Position numbers and translations under genes: made by a program
Notes under the pieces: model-generated
What the model saw: only the letters and a program-made list of their open reading frames with translations
What the model was told of the DNA's origin: nothing
The model's database searches: none
DNA from: Corynebacterium amycolatum
Lineage (GTDB): Bacteria > Actinomycetota > Actinomycetes > Mycobacteriales > Mycobacteriaceae
Strand: one strand, 5' to 3'
Length of the DNA stretch: 32,000 nt
NCBI RefSeq assembly: GCF_049243625.1
Contig: NZ_CP046975.1
Shown here: positions 16,018-23,917 of the stretch, piece by piece
Position numbering within the stretch: position 1 is the stretch's first letter
How the letters are laid out: the number at the start of each line of letters is the position of its first letter

Positions 16018-16055
16018 TAGGGTTTTAGAAATATGTTCTAAAAGTCCATGTTGAA

Positions 16056-17144
16056 TTAGATTTGGCCGCGCCGTCCGAGTCTCCGCCGCCCGAGCCTCGT
16101 CGGCAGTGCGCCGTACATAGGCAGGACTCGCTGCCGTACATGGCGCGGCGTTTGCTTGTTGGTCGAAGAGTCCTCGGCGCCACCCTCCTCGGCGCGATCC
16201 AGCTCGTCTAAGAACTCGTGGATGAGTTCTAAGGTATTGGGGGAGTAGAGCAGCGCGAGGTGGTCAGACCAGTCGCCACCGCCGGTGGCGTTGTTGACGT
16301 TCGTAATGTGGTGACCCTCTTGTTCGGGCAAAAAGGCGCCGGTCCACGGGCGAACTACGGTGTCGAAAGGGGTGCCGATATTCAGGTAGTGCGGGCCGCG
16401 TCGGGTAATGCCACGCACTGCGCGGTTCAGAGTCGCAATATAGTCGGAGTCCAGCAGCTGTTGAATACAGGCACGGCCGACAAGGCGGTCGACGAGTTTG
16501 TGCATTGGTAGGCCGCATCGTTCAAAGGCACTGAGCCTTCGGCGCATGCCCCACGCAGTAGTGCCGCGATGGTTTCCCGCAAGCGAGATGACTGCCCGCA
16601 CGGGGCTGTTGTCGGAGGCGAACTGCTCGGCGTCTTCTTCGTTGAGGCCATGGTTGAGGGCGTCGTCGTAAAGCGAATCGATGCTCGCGTTGGCGTAACT
16701 GCGACAGTGCAGACCGCCCTGGGAATGACCGATGAGGTCGATGCGGGGTAGGGAGAGTTGGGCTCGGAAGCGGTCGAGAAGGTCGGTGACTTCGGCGAGC
16801 GCATCGCTCAAATCGGTGGTGGCTTTGACGCTCCGGAGGCGGCTGACCAGCGCGGCGGGGTCGGAGCCGTAATCGAGTGAGAATACAGGGCGATTCCGGG
16901 CGAGGAACGGCCCCAACATGGCGAAGGAGTTGAACGAGTTCATCCAGGTGCCGTGAACCAGGACAATTGGTGTGCGGCCGTTGTATCCATCCAGGTCGGG
17001 AGTGACTTTGCCGTCGAGGATTTCGCGAACGTCCTGCACGCCGTGGGGGATCCATTCGGGATGACGCAACGAGCGCAGGTATGCCTGCGGAAAGGCGCGC
17101 AGTAGAGGGCCGAAAACTCGCGTGCTCGGGGAGTAGTCATCCAT
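16056..17144 (-). CDS. Alpha/beta hydrolase, lipase/esterase-like (GHSQG nucleophile elbow)
   Basis: PIVLVHGTWMN and IDLIGHSQGG. I place the start at ATG 17144 (MDDYSPSTRVF...). The 100-codon upstream extension in the track ORF (to 17444) overlaps nnr and looks non-coding. Confidence 0.75.
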   Translation of the reverse strand: MDDYSPSTRVFGPLLRAFPQAYLRSLRHPEWIPHGVQDVREILDGKVTPDLDGYNGRTPIVLVHGTWMNSFNSFAMLGPFLARNRPVFSLDYGSDPAALVSRLRSVKATTDLSDALAEVTDLLDRFRAQLSLPRIDLIGHSQGGLHCRSYANASIDSLYDDALNHGLNEEDAEQFASDNSPVRAVISLAGNHRGTTAWGMRRRLSAFERCGLPMHKLVDRLVGRACIQQLLDSDYIATLNRAVRGITRRGPHYLNIGTPFDTVVRPWTGAFLPEQEGHHITNVNNATGGGDWSDHLALLYSPNTLELIHEFLDELDRAEEGGAEDSSTNKQTPRHVRQRVLPMYGALPTRLGRRRLGRRGQI

Positions 17145-17156
17145 AGGGGCTAATCG

Positions 17157-17162
17157 TAGGCT
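17157..17162 (+). promoter_or_regulatory. -10-like hexamer TAGGCT, 6 nt upstream of the nnr ATG (leaderless-transcript geometry)
   Basis: There is no Shine-Dalgarno sequence before ATG 17169. A TANNNT hexamer ends at -7 relative to the A of the ATG. The divergent gap is only 24 bp. Confidence 0.3.
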
Positions 17163-17168
17163 GGGTTT

Positions 17169-18851
17169 ATGACGTACTGCTACACAGCTGCCGAAATTCG
17201 CGCCGCGGAACAGCCCTATCTGGACGCACAAACGCGTGACGACGAACTCATGCGCCACGCAGCCACCGCTGTGTCGGAGGTGGCGGAGCGGATGCTCGCT
17301 AAGGTGTCGCCGGAGCCTGGTCGCGGTCGTGTGCTGCTGTTGGTTGGGTCGGGAGGCAATGGTGGCGATGCGCTCTATGCCGGCCGGGACTTGTCTTCGG
17401 GCGGACATGGCGTGGATGCAGTTTTGCTGGGCACCAAGCCACATGAACGGGCGCTGAAAGCGTTTGAGCTCGCAGGCGGGCGGGTGCTGCCGTTGGGGTG
17501 TGACCGGGAGACGGATTTATCGAAGATTCTGTGGTCGATAAGTGAAGACTACGCACTGATTATCGACGGAATTGTGGGGCTCGGTGGTCATGGTGCGCTG
17601 CGCGAAGAGGCTGCGTGGCTGGTGCGCGAGGCAAACATAGGCGAGGTGCCTATTCTCTCGGTCGACGTGCCGAGTGGCGTGGAAGCCGATACCGGACGCA
17701 CTTTTGATCCGCCCTCCCAGACCATCAACCCCGACCTCGACCTGGAAGAGGGCCAGGATCCGTACCTGCCATCCCACGTCGAGGCCACGACAACGGTGAC
17801 CTTCGGCGGACTGCGCTACGCGCATGCGCTGTCGGAAGCCTGTGGTGAGGTCGAATTGTACGAAATTGCGCTCGATGTCTGCTCCCTCGAACTTCCAGGA
17901 CTGGGGCAGACGCTCTATGAAAACGGTCACTACAATGCCGTCCACCACCAGACTCCGACCGTAGAGTTTTACGAAGCCCTAGGCGGGAGCTTTCCGGCAC
18001 CTTTTGGCGCGAAGACTCAGCTCGAACCCGGTGCTGCTGACCACAAGTACTCTACCGGAGTAACGGGTATCGCCGCCGGTAGTCAGGAGTATCCGGGCGC
18101 TGGTCAGCTGTGTGCCTCCGCTGCCGTGCACGCGACCAGTCCCGCGGTTATCTATGTCGGCGACGTGGACGCCCGCAACCGCATCACCGCAGCCTTACCG
18201 ACGGCCTTACCGACGGTGATTGCGCAGCCGGACTCGGTGGATCGTAAAGAGGTACGCGTCGATGCCTGGGTTGCCGGCCCTGGTCGGGGCACTGATGAGC
18301 GCGCGGCCGAGGAACTGCGTGCCATCCTGGCTACCGACAAACCAGTAGTCATCGATGCTGACGCCCTGACGCTGCTCTCGATGCATGAGAATCTCCGACA
18401 GCTCGTCCGCGAGCGCGGCCAGGAGCGCAACCTGCGCACTGTTCTCACACCGCACGCCGGCGAATTTGAGCGCCTTACCGGGCACGAGGTCACTAACGCC
18501 ATCGCAGATGCCCGTGAACTTGCCGAGCAGTTCTCCTGTGAAGTGTTGCTCAAGGGACGCCGCACCGTGATTGCCAATCCGAAAACGCAGCGCACAGTTG
18601 TGATTGACGCGGGTAGCTCCTGGGCAGCCACGCCGGGCTCCGGCGATGTACTGTCCGGACTTCTTGGCGCCTGGGTAGCACGAGGCGAATCCCTCTACGT
18701 ACCAGTAATTATTCACGCTCGCGCCGCATTCTTGGCCGCGCAGACAGAGTTCGGACCAGCACCCTGCAGCGCCCAGGACATCGCTGAATCCATCCGAGAT
18801 GCCACCGCGTGGTTCACCAATGAAGGCATCAGTGGCAAAATACGGCTATGA
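17169..18851 (+). CDS. nnr: Bifunctional NAD(P)H-hydrate epimerase / ADP-dependent NAD(P)H-hydrate dehydratase (YjeF)
   Basis: 560 aa. The N-terminal YjeF_N domain has VLLLVGSGGNGGDALYAG. The C-terminal carbohydrate-kinase domain has GPGRGTDE, VVIDADAL and TPGSGDVLSG. The stop overlaps the alr start (ATGA). Confidence 0.85.
   Translation: MTYCYTAAEIRAAEQPYLDAQTRDDELMRHAATAVSEVAERMLAKVSPEPGRGRVLLLVGSGGNGGDALYAGRDLSSGGHGVDAVLLGTKPHERALKAFELAGGRVLPLGCDRETDLSKILWSISEDYALIIDGIVGLGGHGALREEAAWLVREANIGEVPILSVDVPSGVEADTGRTFDPPSQTINPDLDLEEGQDPYLPSHVEATTTVTFGGLRYAHALSEACGEVELYEIALDVCSLELPGLGQTLYENGHYNAVHHQTPTVEFYEALGGSFPAPFGAKTQLEPGAADHKYSTGVTGIAAGSQEYPGAGQLCASAAVHATSPAVIYVGDVDARNRITAALPTALPTVIAQPDSVDRKEVRVDAWVAGPGRGTDERAAEELRAILATDKPVVIDADALTLLSMHENLRQLVRERGQERNLRTVLTPHAGEFERLTGHEVTNAIADARELAEQFSCEVLLKGRRTVIANPKTQRTVVIDAGSSWAATPGSGDVLSGLLGAWVARGESLYVPVIIHARAAFLAAQTEFGPAPCSAQDIAESIRDATAWFTNEGISGKIRL
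18192..18215 (+). repeat. Perfect in-frame 12-bp tandem duplication (GCCTTACCGACG x2) inside nnr, encoding ALPT-ALPT
   Basis: Read directly from the sequence. It is in the frame of 17169-18851. Confidence 0.9.
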
Positions 18852-20461
18852 CTTCCTCGGCACCAGCCATCCTGACCCATACCGTTAATCTCGACGCAAT
18901 CACCCACAATGTGAAGACCGTCAAGGCCATCGCAGGGGTGTCGGAATTCATGGCCGTCGTCAAGGCGGACGGCTACTCGCAGGGTGCGCTGCAGACGGCG
19001 CGTGCCGCACTGGCCGGCGGCGCAACACAGCTCGGCGTCGCAACAATCGACGAGGCGCTCTCCCTCCGCGAGGAACTCCGCACCACGCTTGACGACGGCC
19101 ACACCATCCCCATCCTCGCCTGGATCTGGGACGCGGCAGCCACCTCGTTGCTGCAGCGTGCTGTGGCTGCAGATATTGACCTCGGCCTGCCGTCGATGGC
19201 TCATGCGCTGGCCGTGGCCAATGCCGGGCGGGCGCTATCGGTGACACCACGTGTGACGGTGATGGTCGATACGGGCTTGGGTCGCTCGGGATTCTCTATG
19301 ACCAATGGGGACTTTGAGAATGCGGTTGATCAGCTGGTCGAGCTGCACAAGACCGGTGCGCTGAACATCACCGGTGCTTTCACGCACTTTGCGTGCGCGG
19401 ATGAGCCGGGCAACGCGAGCGTCGATAAGCAGGCGCAGAATTTCCGTGCAGCGATTACTGCACTGCGCGAGGCGGGGCTGGATGAGCTGATTAACCATGC
19501 GGCGAATTCGCCGGCATCGTTGTCGCGTCCTGACCTGGCCTTCGACATGGTGCGCCCAGGGCTGGCGATTTATGGTGGCGAGCCAATTGTGGGGTCCACC
19601 CATGGATTGCGCCCAGCGATGCGGTGGGAAGCGTCGGTCATCTTGGTCAAGAAGCTGCCGGCAGGGCAGTCGGTGTCCTACGGACAGACCTGGACAGCTG
19701 ACCGCGATACCACCATCGGCATCGTGCCCTGCGGCTATGCCGACGGCATGATGCGCTCGGCATCCGGTCGTTTCGAAGTCAGCATCAATGGCACACGCTA
19801 TCCGCAGGTAGGACGCGTATGTATGGATCAGTTCGTCGTCGACCTTGGTCCCGACAGTGATGTCGAGGCCGGCGACACTGCGGTCATCGTCGGTGATCCC
19901 ACACTGGGGGAGCCCGGTCTCGATGACCTCGCGGAGGCATCCGGCACCATTAACTACGAAATCCTCACCGCACCGAAGGGACGCAGCGAGCGAAAGTGGG
20001 TGCGCAGCCGCATTGCGCCAACCGCAGAGGACATGCGTGACCTCGGCGAGGAGATTGGCCGGGAGCTAGCCGCCGGGGATTTGGTGATTCTCGATGGCCC
20101 ACTCGGCGCGGGTAAGACCACTCTCACGCAGGGCATCGCCCGCGGCATGAATGTGCGCGGGCGCGTGACATCGCCGACGTTCACCATCGCCCGCGAGCAC
20201 CGTCCGCTCGCAAAAGACGGCGTCACCCTCATCCATGTCGACGCCTATCGACTCTTCGGCGAAGAGGGACCCGGCTCTGATGGCGAGGCCTTCGATGCGC
20301 TGGATTCACTCGATCTGGACACCGACCTCGAGGACAGCGTCGTGGTCGCCGAGTGGGGAATGGGGCTCGCCGAGGTGCTCTCTGAGCGCTATCTGCAGGT
20401 GAGCATCGATCGTTCGCGTGACGACGATACCCGCGTCGTCACCTGGAAGTGGAGCAAGTAG
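18848..20461 (+). CDS. alr: Alanine racemase fused in frame to the tRNA t6A ATPase TsaE (single 537-codon ORF)
   Basis: Residues 1 to about 385 are Alr (AVVKADGYSQGA carries the PLP lysine; VSYGQTW; GTINYEILT). From about nt 20003 the sequence is TsaE (APTAEDMRDLGEEIGRELAAGDLVILDGPLGAGKTTLTQGIARGM..VTSPTFTIA..HVDAYRL). There is no stop codon between the two parts. Confidence 0.85.
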   Translation: MTSSAPAILTHTVNLDAITHNVKTVKAIAGVSEFMAVVKADGYSQGALQTARAALAGGATQLGVATIDEALSLREELRTTLDDGHTIPILAWIWDAAATSLLQRAVAADIDLGLPSMAHALAVANAGRALSVTPRVTVMVDTGLGRSGFSMTNGDFENAVDQLVELHKTGALNITGAFTHFACADEPGNASVDKQAQNFRAAITALREAGLDELINHAANSPASLSRPDLAFDMVRPGLAIYGGEPIVGSTHGLRPAMRWEASVILVKKLPAGQSVSYGQTWTADRDTTIGIVPCGYADGMMRSASGRFEVSINGTRYPQVGRVCMDQFVVDLGPDSDVEAGDTAVIVGDPTLGEPGLDDLAEASGTINYEILTAPKGRSERKWVRSRIAPTAEDMRDLGEEIGRELAAGDLVILDGPLGAGKTTLTQGIARGMNVRGRVTSPTFTIAREHRPLAKDGVTLIHVDAYRLFGEEGPGSDGEAFDALDSLDLDTDLEDSVVVAEWGMGLAEVLSERYLQVSIDRSRDDDTRVVTWKWSK

Positions 20462-20484
20462 CTTCAAGTCGGTTCAAGTAGGTT
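20455..20484. repeat. Three tandem 10-bp repeats: CAAGTAGCTT / CAAGTCGGTT / CAAGTAGGTT
   Basis: Read directly from the sequence. They span the alr-tsaE stop codon (TAG 20459-20461) and the spacer before tsaB. Confidence 0.7.
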
Positions 20485-20491
20485 ACTGAGT

Positions 20492-21142
20492 ATGAACATT
20501 TTGGCCGTTGACACATCGACCCCACAGGTCACCGCGGGAATTGTCCGCGATGGTGAAACCGTGGCCGAAAAGCTGCACCTGGATGCCCGCGCGCACAACG
20601 AGGTGCTGGTGCCGCTGATTCAGCAGTGCCTCACCGACAGTGGGGTGGCGGCAACCGAGCTAGATGCCGTGGTTGTCGGCTGTGGTCCGGGACCGTTTAC
20701 GGGCTTGCGCGTTGGTATGGCAACCGCAGCCTCCTTTGCCGACGCTCTGGGAATTCCCTGCTACGGCATCTGCAGCCTGGATGCGCTCGCGGTTGGTGTT
20801 GGCGATGAACTGGTCGTCACCGATGCTCGCCGCCGCGAGGTGTACTTCGCGGCCTACCACGATGGCCAGCGAGTTTTCGGCCCGGCAGTGGCCAAGCCAG
20901 CCGACGTCATGGAGCTGCTCAAGGAAGAACTCGCAGCAGAAGTCGCCGACTTCACGCCGAGCCACGCCCGCGGCAGCCTCAGCCACATCGAGCAAATTGC
21001 CGGGCTTGAGGTTGCTGCCGAACAAGTCTTTCCCACTCCGAAAGCCATGGTTGAAACGGTTGACTTTGACACCGCGCCGGGCCCACTGGTGCCGCTGTAC
21101 TTGCGCCGTCCGGATGCCGTTGTCCCGAAGGCTATGAGATGA
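20492..21142 (+). CDS. tsaB: tRNA t6A biosynthesis protein TsaB (YeaZ)
   Basis: MNILAVDTSTPQVTAGIV and VGCGPGPFTGLRVGMATA. The stop overlaps the rimI start (ATGA). Confidence 0.9.
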   Translation: MNILAVDTSTPQVTAGIVRDGETVAEKLHLDARAHNEVLVPLIQQCLTDSGVAATELDAVVVGCGPGPFTGLRVGMATAASFADALGIPCYGICSLDALAVGVGDELVVTDARRREVYFAAYHDGQRVFGPAVAKPADVMELLKEELAAEVADFTPSHARGSLSHIEQIAGLEVAAEQVFPTPKAMVETVDFDTAPGPLVPLYLRRPDAVVPKAMR

Positions 21143-21618
21143 GCGTCGTCAAGCTAGTGCGTCTCGGGCCTCCTGCAGCCAAGGCGTGTGCGGCGATTGA
21201 GGCGGAGCTATTTGCCGGCGATGATCCCTGGCCGGAATCGGCCTTTATGGCAGAGCTGGCCGCGCCGAACAATTTCTACGTCGGGCTGATCGCAGAGGCA
21301 GACGGGGTCGAAGAACTGTGCGGCTATGCGGGGATTACCAAGCTGGGACCTGCGGGTGGCGCCGAGTACGAGATTCACACCGTCGGCGTGGGGCAGAAGT
21401 GGCAGCGCCGGGGCTTTGGGGCGCAGCTCATGGACGCGCTGATGGCAGCTGTGGCGGAGGATCCGGGCCCGGTGTTTTTGGAAGTGCGCACGGATAATGA
21501 ACCCGCTATCGCCATGTATCGACGCTACGGCTTCGAAAATATGGGGCTACGAAAAAACTACTACCCGGGCTCTGGGGCGGACGCTTACACAATGTGCCGG
21601 CCTGTGCCCGCCGGCTAA
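21139..21618 (+). CDS. rimI: Ribosomal-protein-alanine N-acetyltransferase (GNAT)
   Basis: 159 aa. The GNAT acetyl-CoA motif is VGQKWQRRGFGAQLMDAL. The position after tsaB is conserved. Confidence 0.85.
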   Translation: MSVVKLVRLGPPAAKACAAIEAELFAGDDPWPESAFMAELAAPNNFYVGLIAEADGVEELCGYAGITKLGPAGGAEYEIHTVGVGQKWQRRGFGAQLMDALMAAVAEDPGPVFLEVRTDNEPAIAMYRRYGFENMGLRKNYYPGSGADAYTMCRPVPAG

Positions 21619-21621
21619 ATG

Positions 21622-21650
21622 TTGACGTAGCGACTATTCTGCGTTAGACC
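21622..21650 (+). promoter_or_regulatory. Candidate promoter TTGACG, 17 nt, TAGACC, placed 6 nt before the poxB ATG (leaderless geometry)
   Basis: Read directly from the sequence. There is no SD sequence before ATG 21657. The -10 lacks the final T, so this is weak. Confidence 0.3.
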
Positions 21651-21656
21651 GGTCAC

Positions 21657-23393
21657 ATGGCTAAAACCTTTGCAAAGCAGCTCGTAGAAACCCTAGAGAA
21701 TCAAGGTGTCAAGCGAATCTTCGGACTCGTCGGAGATAGTTTGAACCCCATTGTCGACGCGGTGCGTGAGTCCTCCATTGAGTGGGTGCACGTCCGCAAC
21801 GAGGAGGCTGCGGCCTTCGCTGCCGGTGCCGAGTCCCTGGTCACCGGCGAATTAGCAGTGTGTGCGGCCTCTTGCGGTCCGGGTAACACCCACCTCATTC
21901 AGGGCCTCTATGACTCCCACCGCAACGGCGCAAAGGTGCTGGCGCTGGCATCGCACATTCCTTCTCGCCAGATTGGCTCGAACTTCTTCCAGGAGACCCA
22001 TCCGGAGTTTATTTTCAACGAGTGCTCCGGTTACTGCGAGATGGTGAACTCCGCTGAGCAGGGTGGCGTCGTTTTGCATCATGCTATCCAGTCGACCATG
22101 ACTGGCCACGGTGTTTCCGTGCTGGTTCTGCCGGGCGACATTACAACGCATGAAGTGGAAAATGATGAGTTCGTCACCTCCACTATCAGCAGCGGTCGCC
22201 CAGTCGTATTCCCTGATGCCGGTCAGGCCGCCGCGCTTGCCGACGCAATCAATGAGGCTAAAACCGTCACGCTTTTCTGCGGCGCAGGTGTGAAGGATGC
22301 CCGCGAACAGGTGCTCAAGCTTGCGGAGAAGATTAAGTCGCCGGTGGGGCATGCGCTGGGTGGCAAGATGTACATCCAGTACGACAACCCCTATGACGTC
22401 GGAATGTCCGGACTGCTGGGCTACGGCGCCTGCCACGATGCCTCTAACGATGCTGATTTGTTGATTCTGCTCGGTACTGACTTCCCGTACAACGACTTCC
22501 TGCCGACTAAGAACGTCGCCCAGGTCGATATCGATGGTCGCGCCATCGGTCGTCGTACCACGGTGAAGTACCCAGTCGTCGGCGATGTGGCCGCAACGAT
22601 CGAAACCATCCTGCCGTACCTGGATGAAAAGACCGACCGCTCCTTCCTGGACAAGCAGCTGCGGAACCACGAGCGCCTGCTCAGCCACGTCATCGAGGCA
22701 TACACCCATGACGTTGAGAACATGCGCCCGATTCACCCGGAGTATGTGGCCGACCTGATTGATAAGTACGCCGATGACGATGCCGTATTCACCGTCGACA
22801 CCGGCATGGGCAATGTCTGGGCTGCACGCTACGTCACGCCGAATGGCAGGCGAGAGCAGATTGGTTCCTTCCGTCACGGCACTATGGCCAATGCACTGTC
22901 GCAGGCTATTGGTGTGCAGGCTGCTGACCGGGACCGTCAGGTCATTACCTTCAACGGTGACGGTGGCCTGTCAATGCTGCTCGGTGAGCTCATCACCGTG
23001 CAGCAGCAGCAGCTGCCGATCAAGATGTTTGTGTTCAACAACTCCTCGCTCGGCATGGTCAAGTTGGAAATGTTGGTTCAGGGGCTGCCGGAGCACGAGA
23101 CCGATCACGGCGCAGTTGACTACGCCGGAGTCGCAGAGTCGTTGGGTATCAAGGCCATCCGAATTGAAGATCCGGCCGATGCACCTCGCCTGATTCAAGA
23201 GGCGCTGGCATACGACGGCCCGGTACTGGTGGACATGATCACCGACCCGAATGCCCTGTCCATCCCGGCGAATATCACCTGGGACATGCTGATGGGATTC
23301 TCCAAGGCCGCTACTCGCACCGTCTTTGGCGGCGGCGTTGGTCAGATGATCAACATGGCACGGTCGAACCTCCGCAACATCCCGCGGCCATAG
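21657..23393 (+). CDS. poxB: Pyruvate dehydrogenase (quinone) / pyruvate oxidase, ThDP- and FAD-dependent
   Basis: 578 aa. MAKTFAKQLVETLENQGVKRIFGLVGDSLNPIVDA, CAASCGPGNTHLIQGLYD, and the ThDP motif NGDGGLSMLLGEL...NNSSLG. Confidence 0.9.
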   Translation: MAKTFAKQLVETLENQGVKRIFGLVGDSLNPIVDAVRESSIEWVHVRNEEAAAFAAGAESLVTGELAVCAASCGPGNTHLIQGLYDSHRNGAKVLALASHIPSRQIGSNFFQETHPEFIFNECSGYCEMVNSAEQGGVVLHHAIQSTMTGHGVSVLVLPGDITTHEVENDEFVTSTISSGRPVVFPDAGQAAALADAINEAKTVTLFCGAGVKDAREQVLKLAEKIKSPVGHALGGKMYIQYDNPYDVGMSGLLGYGACHDASNDADLLILLGTDFPYNDFLPTKNVAQVDIDGRAIGRRTTVKYPVVGDVAATIETILPYLDEKTDRSFLDKQLRNHERLLSHVIEAYTHDVENMRPIHPEYVADLIDKYADDDAVFTVDTGMGNVWAARYVTPNGRREQIGSFRHGTMANALSQAIGVQAADRDRQVITFNGDGGLSMLLGELITVQQQQLPIKMFVFNNSSLGMVKLEMLVQGLPEHETDHGAVDYAGVAESLGIKAIRIEDPADAPRLIQEALAYDGPVLVDMITDPNALSIPANITWDMLMGFSKAATRTVFGGGVGQMINMARSNLRNIPRP

Positions 23394-23448
23394 TGGGGGT
23401 AGCGCTCTCGAGATGCGGGAGCGGATGCGGTGCGGTACCTCTGTTTCC

Positions 23449-23877
23449 ATGATTAAAGGTTTTCTGGTGAACCCTGACCTGACGCATCGCATCGTCGAAT
23501 TTGAGTTGGAGGCCGCTGCTACATTCCTCGGCGGAGTTTCCTCCGACCGTGTTTCGGTGGCGTTTCAGGAAGATGGTGTCGATTACGCCGCTCTCTACAA
23601 CCCGACGGCCAAGGCTGAGGGCGCTGAACCGAACCCGGTCGCGTCCCTCGGTCGCAATGAGGCTGCTACGGGCAACTCGGCTTTCTTCACCGACCCCACC
23701 ACCGCAATTTGCGGAACGGTCGTATTCGTCGACGCCGAGGGCGAGGATATCGGCGACGAGGAAATTGAGCGTATTAAGCACGGTATGCGCGCCGTTCGCC
23801 ACTACCGCGATGACTACCCAGAGGAATACGCTCTCTGGCGTGCCGCTGTGAGGAACCTCGGCCGCCTCGAAATTTAA
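23449..23877 (+). CDS. Hypothetical protein, DUF3846-like (family usually seen on plasmids, phages and ICEs)
   Basis: 142 aa from ATG 23449. MIKGFLVNP....IVEFE......FLGG...., NP.....PN..AS, and ICGTVVFVDAEGEDIGDEEIERIK resemble the DUF3846 layout as I remember it. Family assignment is tentative. Confidence 0.5.
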   Translation: MIKGFLVNPDLTHRIVEFELEAAATFLGGVSSDRVSVAFQEDGVDYAALYNPTAKAEGAEPNPVASLGRNEAATGNSAFFTDPTTAICGTVVFVDAEGEDIGDEEIERIKHGMRAVRHYRDDYPEEYALWRAAVRNLGRLEI

Positions 23878-23881
23878 ACTC

Positions 23882-23899
23882 GGTCGCTGGTAAGCGACC
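23882..23899 (+). other. Stable GC hairpin GGTCGCT-GGTA-AGCGACC between the DUF3846-like gene and tsaD (no T-tail)
   Basis: 7-bp perfect stem with a 4-nt loop, read directly from the sequence. It is not followed by a U-run, so it is not a canonical terminator. Confidence 0.4.
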
Positions 23900-23917
23900 C
23901 GATGGTGCGCTAGTACC

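Noticed and set aside
14484-16055. Tn7-like element at the glmS attachment site
   Set aside because: There are no tnsABCD-like genes, no terminal repeats and no target-site duplication visible. Only a single DUF222-HNH gene is present. It is kept as a positional curiosity only.
17145-17444. 100-codon N-terminal extension of the lipase ORF (the track start at 17444). The same issue applies to the upstream extensions of track ORFs 3925, 8441, 27888, 28400 and 28466.
   Set aside because: The extensions overlap neighbouring genes or regulatory regions, have junk-like composition, and have internal starts with good SD sequences that match family N-termini.
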